Part shown: positions 12,001 to 16,587 of the stretch, in pieces | Layout: every line of letters starts with the position of its first letter | How positions within the stretch are numbered: the first letter of the stretch is position 1 | Source of the DNA: an uncultured bacterium | Lineage (GTDB): Bacteria > Auribacterota > JACPWU01 | Length of the DNA: 32,000 nt | Assembly (NCBI GenBank): GCA_964640155.1 | Contig: CAZXEQ010000001.1 | Location: 396,403 to 428,402, forward strand | Direction: 5' to 3' | Notes under the pieces: generated by a model | Databases searched by the model: none | Seen by the model: the letters and a program-made list of their open reading frames with translations, nothing else | Told to the model about the DNA's origin: nothing | Translations under genes and position numbers: made by a program

Positions 12001-15000
12001 GTGTTGAGGGATCTTGAACAGAAATCAATCGAACTAAGCTACCTTCGTCTTCTAAAGAATCCACAACCTCAAAAGGAATACACGCATATTCAGCGATATC
12101 TTCTTTTCGAAGAGCTGTAAGCATCGCATCAATTTTTGCAGGATCAGGAGGACCTTGAATGCGTGTCTCTCCCTGCCCAGGAATTTTAAAAACAACTAGA
12201 TCTAAACCCTCTTGCCATCTCTGTGTTTCCTCTGATTTTCTCATCTGAAAATCTTTAATGCGTTCTGCTAACTCCAGGGGATCCATTTTTCCATCGAATA
12301 GGTATCCTCGGGGAAGTTTTCCCATAATCTCCTCAAGTAATTGCGGATTGTCCGGAAATTCCTCCAAGAAAACTTCAAAAAGAAAGTCCATATTCTCGCC
12401 CGAAAATCTATGAAAAAATTCATCGGCAATCAAAAGAAGGATTTTGACGATATCATCAGAAGGAATCACAACATCTGCATCTATTAGGTAAAAGCCTCGA
12501 GGGAAATCTGCAATTAATCTTTCAATATTCTCTTGTGTCACAACTTGATCTTTAGGCCAGTCCACCATTAAATTTCCAAGAAAAGAATCAAAAATAAACA
12601 TTTTTTTCTCAGAAGTTTTCCATACATGAATATAAAATCGAGCTAAAGCTTTAAATAAATCTCTCCTTAATTTGTAATACACCTCAGCGGACATTCTTTT
12701 TTCATCAAATTCTTTTTTCAATGCTCTGATTAAATTCCCTCCATTTTTACCTTCAACATATTCCTCACTGAAAACCCAGACTTTTTTTGTATGCCTGACT
12801 TCTTGAATTTCTCCCTCCCACATTCCTCCAAAACCTGGATAGCACCCCTTTTCAGACCACATTTGAGTTTGTTCTACAATCATTGAGGATTGTGTATGGT
12901 GAGCACTTTCATCAAACCCTTCGTAAAATCTAGGTTGTGTGACTTTAAAAACAATTGTTTTTATTCCTCCCCCCTTCAAAGGCAATATCAACTGATAAAC
13001 ATGTTTCATTGCATTTTTTCGCAAAGAAACAGGAATAACTTGAATTGGAGCTTGCTTATCCAAATCAACTTCTTCTCCATAAATATTAATAAGAGATGTT
13101 TCGAGAAAACCATCCTTTAAAGCTCTCAAAATGAGATCTCGATCCCGGGGAGGAGTAGGTGCAGCAATTCTCTTCCACTCTAAACGACGAATGACTTTTT
13201 CCCTTTCTCCTAGCTCACGTTTAGCTGCTTTCTGAAAGGCTCCTGCTGGGTCATTCGGATGCCTGCTTTTAACTGCTTTTAATTCTTCATTGTTCAACAA
13301 AGGAATCGTATGCTTCATTAAAGCATGATAAGAAGTTTTTTCTAGTTGAGCATCAATACGGGAAGCAATGGCATGGGCTTCTCTAACTTGATCTTCTTCT
13401 AAAGTTTCAAAATCAGATTTTCCAACATTGGCAGGCAAACCTCGCTTTAAACTGGGAACAAGCACATATTCAATATATTTACGACGTATCAAAATGAGCA
13501 AAGCCTCTTGATCGTTTTTAATTCGATTCCAAAGATGACGATGAATTTTAATTTCCCCATATTCATGATCATAATAAGCAAGATCTTGAGCTAGCCCCTT
13601 AGGCAATACATCGACGACATCAAAATAACTAGAAAGATCTTCATTCGATGTTTTCAATTTTTCGAGTTCTCGGAATTTTTCTGAATCTCGCCACTCGTTT
13701 AAAACAAAGTCTACCGCATAGTTCATTCTTCCTTCGGGAATCGGGTTTTTGACCAGATCGCGTCTTTGAGTCATTTCTGGGATATAGGAAGTCAAAAATT
13801 GGTAAGCTTCTCTTCCAAGAGCTCCTCCCCCATTTTCAAAAACAGCTTTTGAAGCCACACGTAAAAAGTCTTCGGCAGGTATCATTTGAAGGTGATAAGA
13901 GCCCATGGCTCCATCGGCTAAAACTTGAATGCCCTGGTCCAGCCACAATGCCTTTGAGCTTTTAGAAACAAAACTTAAAACAAAAGCCTCTTTCCCTTTC
14001 TTCACTAAAACAAAACGCGCTTTCCCAGACACAATCTCTCTAGGGAAAAATCGCAAATCAGCAATGTCAGGGAAATCTTTTTTCAAGGCCGCATGCCTTT
14101 TTGCCAAAACTTCCGCAATATTGGAAATTTGTCCTGCTATGGCTTCTCCTCCTGCGGTCATTTCAAATTCTATACGAAGGGTGGACTCTAATTGTCTGGC
14201 GACATCGGCATCACCAACCAGAGCATGCAAAAGAGAGCCTTGATGAAGTGTATGGGAAGTAGAAGCTAACTTTTGCTCAAATGCTGAGGTTTTCCCTAAC
14301 ATTCGAGCACGATAGAGAGCTTCCGTCTTCTGGTCTACTCCTTGGGTTTGAGGTGTAATGACGGTATATGAAATATTTTCATTTTCAAAAAACTGTGTGA
14401 AAGAATCTGTATGAAATCCACCTGTGACAAGGACGACAACAGATCGGTTTGTTTCTTTCATCCTTTTCAACGTGTTCTCGTAAAGGATGTGATCTCTTTT
14501 TTGAGCCAATTCATAAAACTTCTCGAATGGGGAAAGATCAAAAGAGACAGGACCTGCAATTTTTTCTAACCATAATATTTTTTCATCTTTTATTTCTAAA
14601 AATTCTTTTAACTCTTTTCGACTTAACTTAAGAGAAATCAGTTTTTCAACAAGACAAAGAGTTTGTACTTCTTTCCAAAATTGCTTTTCTTCAGAAGATT
14701 GAAACAACTGATCCGCTACAAGAAGTTCAAGCTGTTTTATTTCATTAGAAATTTTTGCATGATCAAGTTTTGCCCCCAACTTCACAAAGTCAATGTATTG
14801 AGACAAGTCCGGATAAGATTTAAGCGTCTCTTCTCCTACCAAATTTTTCATCTCTGCAAAATAAACATCGTCCTTTATACGCCCCAGTCGATATTCCAAC
14901 CCCTTACGAATCCATTCTTGAAGCTCTTCTCTTGGGAGTTGTTGACTCAGTTTCTCATTAAGCAAATTTCTTTCTTTTTCTATCTTCTCAGGTTTTAACT

Positions 15001-15799
15001 CTTTCTGAAGTTGCATCATTTTTTGAAAACGCGTCAGATTAGGGAAGGAAGAGATTTGGACAGAATGAGACATTTTAAAAAGAAAGTTTAAATAACTTTT
15101 AAAAGAAATATTACCTTTTTGATAACTCCTATATTTTTTAAGAAAAGACTGTTTTTCAGAAGAAATATTTTTTAAAAAATCTCTATTTTTTGTTTCGCAG
15201 ATTTTCAACCACTGTTTTGCCTGCTTTTGAAAAGCTGCGCAAGATTGATAAGCCTCTTTATTTTCCAAATAAATTTTTTCATCCTCAATCCCAAAAATTT
15301 CTGGTTTCCATTCTGGATGAATAATCGAAAAAAATTCTGGACCTGTGAATTTAGCTTTGCTCAAAAAATAATCAGCCGCATCTTCCTTAATCTGCCGTTC
15401 GGGAAAACTCGAGAAAAACTCAGAATCAATAGGTCCCGTGGCTCCCTCCATTCCAATTAAAATTCCCTTTTCAATTTCACCCGGCGCATTACTTTCGAGA
15501 AAACCATAAATACGTTCTAAAATCTGAGAAATATGTTTTTGAGCCTGAACATCCACGTGAAGATCTTGAATATGAATCACCCAAGGGGCAGAATCACGAG
15601 ATAAATCACTCCAAGATTTTTGAATATTCCCTAATTCAGAAGGAAGAGACAGCTCTCTTTTGGGGGCTATGCCACTACTTAATCTATTTGTAGACAATGA
15701 ATTATGACTTTCCTCAAGAAGCGCACAAACATCTTGAGAAAATTGATTAAAAACAAAAAAAAGCAGTACCAATATCTTCAAACCAGAGTTATTTTTCAT
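1..15799 (-). CDS. Giant multidomain membrane protein; N-terminus complete, C-terminus beyond the left window edge (>5,266 codons in window)
   Basis: ATG at 15799-15797, with an alternative in-frame GTG at 15835 just after an in-frame TGA. Reading the minus strand in the frame whose codons sit on plus-strand triplets starting at positions equal to 2 mod 3, I found no TAA/TAG/TGA down to position 2. The ORF track has no minus-strand ORF in this frame, consistent with an ORF lacking a stop in the window. All listed ORFs in 1-15.8 kb are 60-166 aa and in other frames. The product begins MKNNSGLKILVLLFFVFNQFSQDVCALL (signal/anchor-like) and reads as coherent protein with recognisable repeated modules throughout. 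Confidence 0.85.
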   Translation of the reverse strand, partial: MKNNSGLKILVLLFFVFNQFSQDVCALLEESHNSLSTNRLSSGIAPKRELSLPSELGNIQKSWSDLSRDSAPWVIHIQDLHVDVQAQKHISQILERIYGFLESNAPGEIEKGILIGMEGATGPIDSEFFSSFPERQIKEDAADYFLSKAKFTGPEFFSIIHPEWKPEIFGIEDEKIYLENKEAYQSCAAFQKQAKQWLKICETKNRDFLKNISSEKQSFLKKYRSYQKGNISFKSYLNFLFKMSHSVQISSFPNLTRFQKMMQLQKELKPEKIEKERNLLNEKLSQQLPREELQEWIRKGLEYRLGRIKDDVYFAEMKNLVGEETLKSYPDLSQYIDFVKLGAKLDHAKISNEIKQLELLVADQLFQSSEEKQFWKEVQTLCLVEKLISLKLSRKELKEFLEIKDEKILWLEKIAGPVSFDLSPFEKFYELAQKRDHILYENTLKRMKETNRSVVVLVTGGFHTDSFTQFFENENISYTVITPQTQGVDQKTEALYRARMLGKTSAFEQKLASTSHTLHQGSLLHALVGDADVARQLESTLRIEFEMTAGGEAIAGQISNIAEVLAKRHAALKKDFPDIADLRFFPREIVSGKARFVLVKKGKEAFVLSFVSKSSKALWLDQGIQVLADGAMGSYHLQMIPAEDFLRVASKAVFENGGGALGREAYQFLTSYIPEMTQRRDLVKNPIPEGRMNYAVDFVLNEWRDSEKFRELEKLKTSNEDLSSYFDVVDVLPKGLAQDLAYYDHEYGEIKIHRHLWNRIKNDQEALLILIRRKYIEYVLVPSLKRGLPANVGKSDFETLEEDQVREAHAIASRIDAQLEKTSYHALMKHTIPLLNNEELKAVKSRHPNDPAGAFQKAAKRELGEREKVIRRLEWKRIAAPTPPRDRDLILRALKDGFLETSLINIYGEEVDLDKQAPIQVIPVSLRKNAMKHVYQLILPLKGGGIKTIVFKVTQPRFYEGFDESAHHTQSSMIVEQTQMWSEKGCYPGFGGMWEGEIQEVRHTKKVWVFSEEYVEGKNGGNLIRALKKEFDEKRMSAEVYYKLRRDLFKALARFYIHVWKTSEKKMFIFDSFLGNLMVDWPKDQVVTQENIERLIADFPRGFYLIDADVVIPSDDIVKILLLIADEFFHRFSGENMDFLFEVFLEEFPDNPQLLEEIMGKLPRGYLFDGKMDPLELAERIKDFQMRKSEETQRWQEGLDLVVFKIPGQGETRIQGPPDPAKIDAMLTALRKEDIAEYACIPFEVVDSLEDEGSLVRLISVQDPSTHQFKPTLKIHRHLWNQIKEDSDAQLILRRHAWLQHVVIPRLFRLGALNSDDLTQAHTLASIVDERIGDGSIDQRKPNSVHALMKRVIQVMKKSELEAIQEKHPNDTRKEFYNAVQQELQRRNPQTIQDDKALFPWLKHLPGYSKWGPIFENLWAVGWSAAPFAIAMKLFEWGILDESRPWVAATKSFCIEAINHPSPMIRIVSAIALPFVFALSHLPGTAWNEKSKVFHDQLISGLFILSPLILSVFVLGFPALIMNQIIFGWVLALSFTLHFFWNEFLSLWNKVMNGESVERKVEHQSIEVPNLDNTQLEILAIFQKFHDKTNDFTEKQKFYYLIELLKAGDIEVENGPFLGVTPKPEASSPPIQLIKGKVVLDYAAFMPGDEGGSLDLEIFCISFSGFLEQQEKMRELIQQKKKLYPKEETAQTVYENFKADPWLQGLYFTWSQNNLTLRMQKDRACLEYFKNHGYAHDPNQSTSDVVRWNGGRPYDDVSLRFFALDRMLENPELSPVFQVVIRFELEKETSGLGSNSRSRIEKKLSVGKPFLLSLCLDAVDMDKVLKGEIGFAKNILRPDEARVVFEKFALFPWLRHLKNYEKWGPTFENVFVILLNFGLFAILTAVTGLPFITRSDLFYHFVFALGFPTLFSLFHFPKSGSGSKWELFVQYFWMGGALFSPLMIVVTFLGFSVAQIPLLIGVTGITILFHYVHNWQIDRDKTPKDKILRILRKYAQQMPKRQIPESPSFSEDFEILLEAIQNKNSSFHFEINETPEPEERDESFPIEVTGNVIRVHVAKFLRYSKERSASLKMFCIRAGKMIEQKKVREEFQALKNELFPRYTSSDEIDRKLVSDEAFRKKYFDAIYKYLHLEAEIVRREASYLFAPGDFWTESDLGQFHLSLQKFCEREGRFSERRERLWILDRALRNPDLSPFFQVMLRWEILSQKSLKVDDPGRIDAALKKKPPTLNFRELLTQSDIQTLFSPSCHFMAFWFDGIRGRQATASPRPGALKAPGSGETHAQGPPAAAKIDAILERLKRDGSHDYENLPFEIVESFDGKGDDFARLVEIASPAARNDKKTYKVQIRRSLWNRIQKNPVAQLIIKRHEYVENVLIPQLIREGVLATGDEAQKHFLTSAVDAAIGSGSLENPNPTTFHPLMKHVILLMRKSELQKIQETHPNDQDQAFYSAVQTELARRSQRQIIWSHGSSTVKEPDHHFLEAAFADNFIEETLMNTHGLELGEGPVEVIGFKVDQDGMKHVYQVKVILSTGKQHKIVIEVTQPNFFLAVVQQWGNFQIQMMNEMARMLYEKGLYPALGATWSPEKGTLGGGEVWVMSDDVVKGLRWSRIVQQVRNLEASRDLSSTEALMMRSILLRNIVRIYLRAWEATGRKSFIDDPHGGNVVVNFLGEHALDSHMEDEDGALHQITADKIRKILEMTSREISREVDVIEGKLIDVDLVSTYTQLVDILLILAGHLTAFQSRDQLRWVLYEIFQGVLTLYPEHGLEMLQAAYPLLDKAGRGDSYFYRMLDEQTPALVPPFKVVLKAFLVEKGVSPESLGQVVSPQAVVVSATSEELRGGRKALFLWLKHLPGYPKWGPAFENAFSILVSLPLILALNPVLGVAPLALFVPVFVTAIIFSVLHLPGSKDAKLEMLWLQFKNGLFIFSPLALLSFTSAINPGVLVGVFVLTLFLHYLWNFGISLEKEGAFAIPGQGKKISQPIGEDQVNEVLKRLDPNVYQGLKIERLERNKFPPEHNNDFAFCKFWDSGDIQAIYVREDLYDGIYALEKTDPARFQKIIEILRRHEYVENVLLRQLIDEDLEKPEGERTFQESDRDRRHAITSALDAHINGALHPLMKLVIPLMSDEELSQIQPHHPNDVERKFYLAVIEEQEKRLKERVLRFTRRVIVPQGDRLITLYVNKELLIGEKEAEEIHVDEIKNQNVRNMILKIAVCASTNVKTQKNTRSVEISLGDRSQYLPRFLYDDNPMKDVQAKGVVFDARKPLIAHAGSGVGESMGFDLGGNLMRIPYSDIPQGGAWLKGVLEEFLNTQMLYQMATLLSPRTSLSGVAQTKYPLVWGEYPGVELNGRKTAFIAFGLSDGMEVDKRFKHFDPHSLMAYGRVVRQFHDSGFIHRFLHYNNISILNGQLPVLHDLDSVIKREGLTAAQDLGYLYYELWFITMHLYQAYPAQGQSLAEQFLKGYFGSDEGISQVKAFLAIFEVIKRMGNITCTRQIRNPILDKLKEDVAGKFLEYPEESSLVRATKPSALKIPAKGRKDENWPPGETLQEKEIYLQKRVAVVLKVLKKTPKTEYANLAIEEGSESQFYPLGKIEPSKDHGGDLAYWDLLSRKIKTRKDLLKRMDQDDIGKEAKRILRRHEYTEAKIIADLIFNKGKFDGEDQIFTETDIQHAHAIACAVDAALEGTSAHALAQCEIACMSVEELENVEPIHFNDPKGLFYQAARKELDDRYEASGVEDSKFKDILISKMHFRQEKIGDRDTEVIQRALIKTMRFQGEKVQPMVIEALRSIYGISIAPEDIASIEIRLWGDEGSRKRVYEVVVQSGAQISQKNEYIFILKVFRSQTDVTPEARRRAREAGFALKAAGMHPSIGPHVDVQLNGGEKVTVYSEGKVKAVSLKRLCLDLATQKAQRVISEADYFKAMDKLYRSAVSGVLDMWKVLNGHIIDDPTPENIMMIKTAEGDYRVVFVDLDRVSEKPMALAQVLDILNFQYSRISNISVRCLGDGVMDAFGYDEARKLINKVLSEEIPQLKGQSNRVETLSDLEHVLNAYMEEGIDAYQPLPKEVASASQTELDVDENIDSVMLQRFQKIASILSIACHKILHGAKGERWITERDIHVTLPGEEGILTIDDIERFEQRDGFGLRKGTLRSGTYPYRKKIKNRWGVQRKEVREAYGDLFMKVSAIKSKRKGPVIVRVGGRPGSGKTAWVDAIAQWGLNDIKPSEIFIIHADDYSKRSSLEKEVEQAKKKGKKLVIVEGAYSLNGRDKFSDLTTEPMEADIHVFMEIHEDILVERLRPFMQQKNILQLARLSRKANNIQQLRKLTEESLSEDLASSVLKWILKSERARTPKNRKKYFKSAKKAFLESIRKVQMEEVRFVKDFPKTRNFIFRYTIDQERRDADIIIKNEYDKELEFQHVSIRDTLEVILNDLKGERIDNAIYALIDLLRNHSTHLFVLRIEDLIQKNILEMRRLSGFDPNELAKKIGAFLKEPLARSNLQNLLQEGLRLGQRQAAIATKHAPGEAHLTKLEAKELKGLAAKNPIRVMQRDEMNQKKIPEALRNSDIPPFYEGLHKKIARAILFGQNVKVPLKIGHKVFKEGRVEVCVINMGDDKGFRLKGRTRPIYEWTDIIEEKAEAVIRVYVTEAFVQSVSASILAQTLVHPLIERIGYLPHTDAVQHEPFYNRDAQSRENAKDGCGELSDLMVWILEQAALEEDWNYLRRMTESWKKDPLLQLDDEIEDRAGQIADKVKKKVWELLLSHPNLIESILKNEKEEEKVLKFYEKLLKQTKDVDKQKWLDALRQNPYFQPKWITKLIASLGQDPYIQTLKKFYVSILKDFQGKIVISLNSIGIKVHLPSDYLEKDYSHFLFLLEHFSLSFDSLRMARVHPQGSTEVLHDWAIKAFAFLTGKNPSSFEVVIDSESDPGIIVKEGKIYVGKMALTYSREQLFLELKNAFREVILRSEKANITVHDQDQVLETRLKELQGRGKDLFEVNGSVLDVLGGEARLRPWFESLGLDSWADLKEKLNSGKLHFMLNAELLGSRSYYVVQTRINVGDSITLEKGYVLFAYDKVDVFLTRAALAKSDDVREHYYRAAFTTLLQGIYGVSGFDARADHMRGLVFSRRDQVLDHNLLRDTLKKTSWSASISLHWDIRKDTIRVIQGSKEIATYDAKAFFKNSSNYEILKTRWTSYHIHNIFWNSNLGIERMINSWESLLGVTDPLLPGSWDHVLLKEPLQNKAYKIMQIGSSLSLGLSDESVLFDRIRREPA
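2590..3260 (-). other. P-loop nucleoside-kinase-like domain (uridine kinase / PRK family-like)
   Basis: GPVIVRVGGRPGSGKTAWV (Walker A, nt about 3188-3214) ... IFIIHADDYS ... KKLVIVEGAYSL ... ADIHVFMEIHEDILVERL ... RRDADIIIKNEY. The order and spacing match the Udk/PRK layout as I remember it. Confidence 0.6.
3880..4400 (-). other. Protein-kinase-like domain 4 (motifs most complete)
   Basis: RKRVYEVVVQSG...EYIFILKVFRS (beta3 Lys) ... EARRRAREAGFAL ... NGHIIDDPTPENIMM (catalytic loop) ... YRVVFVDLDRV (DFG-equivalent). I re-derived this codon by codon from 3886..3975. Confidence 0.6.
4600..4960 (-). repeat. HE-x-x-E/HPND module copy 5 (HFND variant)
   Basis: GKEAKRILRRHEYTEAKIIADL ... IQHAHAIACAVDAALEG ... 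CMSVEELENVEPIHFNDPKGLFY. Confidence 0.55.
5500..6060 (-). other. SelO/YdiU-like pseudokinase-fold domain with substituted active-site residues (tentative)
   Basis: DLGGNLMRIPYSDIPQGGAWLKGVLEEFLNTQML...SPRTSLSGV ... KRFKHFD ... GFIHRFLHYNNISILNGQLPVLHDLD is colinear with the remembered E. coli YdiU segments [33 protein letters not shown]...PTTRALSIV ... LRFGHFE ... [21 protein letters not shown]. The LKGAG lysine and the TDN aspartate are not conserved here. Confidence 0.45.
6340..6900 (-). repeat. Linker motif plus HE-x-x-E/HPND module copy 4
   Basis: AIPGQGKKISQPIGEDQVNEVLKRL ... ARFQKIIEILRRHEYVENVLLRQL ... RRHAITSALDAHING ... HPLMKLVIPLMSDEELSQIQPHHPNDVERKFY. Confidence 0.6.
6920..7275 (-). 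other. CPBP/Abi-like intramembrane protease core 3
   Basis: ALFLWLKHLPGYPKWGPAFENAF ... IIFSVLHLPGS (FxxxH) ... LTLFLHYLWNF (HxxxN). By my count the motif spacing is about 43 and about 52 residues. Confidence 0.55.
7600..8260 (-). other. Protein-kinase-like domain 2 (ABC1/UbiB- or APH-like catalytic loop)
   Basis: MKHVYQVKVILSTGKQHKIVIEV ... GRKSFIDDPHGGNVVVN (compare HxDxHPGN of atypical kinases) ... GKLIDVDLV (DFG-equivalent). Confidence 0.55.
8440..8985 (-). repeat. Linker motif plus HE-x-x-E/HPND module copy 3
   Basis: KAPGSGETHAQGPPAAAKIDAILERL ... LPFEIVESFDG ... VQIRRSLWNRIQKNPVAQLIIKRHEYVENVLIPQL ... KHFLTSAVDAAIG ... HPLMKHVILLMRKSELQKIQETHPNDQDQAFY. Confidence 0.6.
9870..10255 (-). 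other. CPBP/Abi-like intramembrane protease core 2
   Basis: ALFPWLRHLKNYEKWGPTFENVF ... TLFSLFHFPKSG (FxxxH) ... ITILFHYVHNW (HxxxN). Confidence 0.5.
11165..11615 (-). other. CPBP/Abi-like intramembrane protease core 1 (about 4 TM helices)
   Basis: ALFPWLKHLPGYSKWGPIFENLW (motif 1-like, E-N in place of E-E) ... LPFVFALSHLPG (FxxxH) ... LSFTLHFFWNEF (HxxxN). Hydrophobic helices lie between the motifs. Confidence 0.55.
11640..12190 (-). repeat. Linker motif plus HE-x-x-E/HPND module copy 2 (variant RRHAWLQH)
   Basis: KIPGQGETRIQGPPDPAKIDAMLTAL ... IPFEVVDSLED ... LKIHRHLWNQIKEDSDAQLILRRHAWLQHVVIP ... QAHTLASIVDE ... HALMKRVIQVMKKSELEAIQEKHPNDTRKEFY. Confidence 0.6.
12440..13020 (-). other. 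Protein-kinase-like domain 1 (catalytic loop degenerate)
   Basis: MKHVYQLILPLKGGGIKTIVFKV ... FIFDSFLGNLMVDW ... FYLIDADVV. It is colinear with kinase-like domains 2 and 4, but the loop reads D-S-F-L-G-N instead of DDPxxxN. Confidence 0.45.
13180..13560 (-). repeat. HE-x-x-E/HPND module copy 1 (degenerate: RRKYIEY)
   Basis: The translation reads EIKIHRHLWNRIKNDQEALLILIRRKYIEYVLVPSL...REAHAIASRIDAQL...HALMKHTIPLLNNEELKAVKSRHPNDPAGAF. It is colinear with the four other copies. Confidence 0.6.
14340..15600 (-). other. N-terminal domain of the giant protein, paralogous to the N-terminus of the 1511-aa protein; tentatively erythromycin-esterase/ChaN/TraB-GumN/TIKI-like
   Basis: The motifs WVIHIQDLHVDVQAQ, ILIGMEGATGPID and VVVLVTGGFHTDSFTQFF..ISYTVITPQT align with VIMIQDPHCVIDAQ, FIAVEGAQGEIN and CALIVGGFHIDGLKQLF..ISYVVLTPTT in the 25256..29791 product. 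The His...Glu...GGxH layout resembles the bipartite signature of the EreA/ChaN/TIKI superfamily. That comparison is from memory, not a search. Confidence 0.45.
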
Positions 15800-15885
15800 C
15801 AGGAATAAAGGTCTTTGTTGGGGTATTTTTCGCACTCATATATATGCCATATGAATAAGCGTAAGTCAAATCCCAAAGCAGAAAA

Positions 15886-15904
15886 GTTAATTTCTATAAT
15901 TAAC
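15886..15904. promoter_or_regulatory. Inverted repeat GTTAATT-N5-AATTAAC in the divergent giant-gene/asnC-type intergenic region (possible operator)
   Basis: A perfect 7-nt inverted repeat is visible in the sequence. A TTGACT -35-like hexamer for the minus strand lies nearby at 15864-15869. Confidence 0.25.
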
Positions 15905-15988
15905 TCATTTAGAACATGTTATATCTAACTATTGATTTTAGCATATTTTTTTGATATTGTGCCTTTCTAATATTGAAAGGGAGGAAAT

Positions 15989-16471
15989 ATGGACCCACTT
16001 TTAGAGATTCTAGAAAAAGATGCTCGCATTTCTGCCGAAGAAATTGCAAAGATGACAAAAAAAAGTGTGAGTGATGTTAAAAAACTCATTCAAAAATATG
16101 AAAAAGAAGGTGTCATTCTTCGATATAAAACGGTTCTTAACAAAGAATTAATCAGAACAAGTTCTGAAGTACGTGCCCTCATCGAAGTCAAAGTCACACC
16201 GCAAAGAGATGTAGGTTTTGACGCCATTGCCCAAAGAATTTACAATTTTCCAGAAGTCAAAAGTTGTTATCTCATGTCCGGGGGATATGATTTATTAGTC
16301 ACAGTCGAAGGGAAAGATCTTCAATCTGTAGCTTCTTTTGTCTCTGAAAAATTATCAACCTTAGGAAGTGTTCATGGGACCGTCACTCACTTCTTATTAA
16401 AGAAATATAAAGAAGATGGTGATATGCTTTTAAAAGCAGAAGGCGAAAAAAGAATGGCAATTTCGTTTTAA
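15989..16471 (+). CDS. Lrp/AsnC family transcriptional regulator
   Basis: 160-aa ORF with a strong SD (AGGGAGG) 7 nt upstream. It has an N-terminal HTH (ARISAEEIAKMTKKSVSDVKKLIQKYEKEGVI) and a C-terminal RAM/AsnC_trans_reg-like half (ALIEVKV...YDLLVTVEG). Confidence 0.85.
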   Translation: MDPLLEILEKDARISAEEIAKMTKKSVSDVKKLIQKYEKEGVILRYKTVLNKELIRTSSEVRALIEVKVTPQRDVGFDAIAQRIYNFPEVKSCYLMSGGYDLLVTVEGKDLQSVASFVSEKLSTLGSVHGTVTHFLLKKYKEDGDMLLKAEGEKRMAISF

Positions 16472-16587
16472 AGAACAGAGGCATGAGGCACGAAGCAGAA
16501 AGCAGGATTAAAGATTGATTCGTTTTTCATGCTTCCTGTTTCATGCTTCTCTCTTCAAAAATACTTGAAATAAATAAAAGAAAAACC

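Noticed and set aside
1393-15460. About 20 plus-strand ORFs of 60-166 aa from the track (for example 1393..1893, 7411..7839, 13929..14243, 14663..14998, 15227..15460)
   Set aside because: All lie antisense to the continuous minus-strand frame. Their products are Leu/Phe/Ser/Lys-rich with no recognisable motifs, as expected for shadow ORFs opposite an AT-rich coding strand.
1-15799. The idea that the missing long ORFs in the left half reflect stop-codon reassignment, a pseudogene graveyard or non-coding DNA
   Set aside because: One standard-code frame is completely open, and it encodes repeated, motif-bearing domains. No recoding needs to be invoked.
16472-16587. Direct repeats TTTCATGCTTC x2 and partial inverted GAAGCA/TGCTTC between the regulator and the aminotransferase, as a possible terminator or attenuator
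   Set aside because: The pairing is short and imperfect and no T tract follows. That is too weak to call. It could be regulator binding sites, but I cannot support that from sequence alone.
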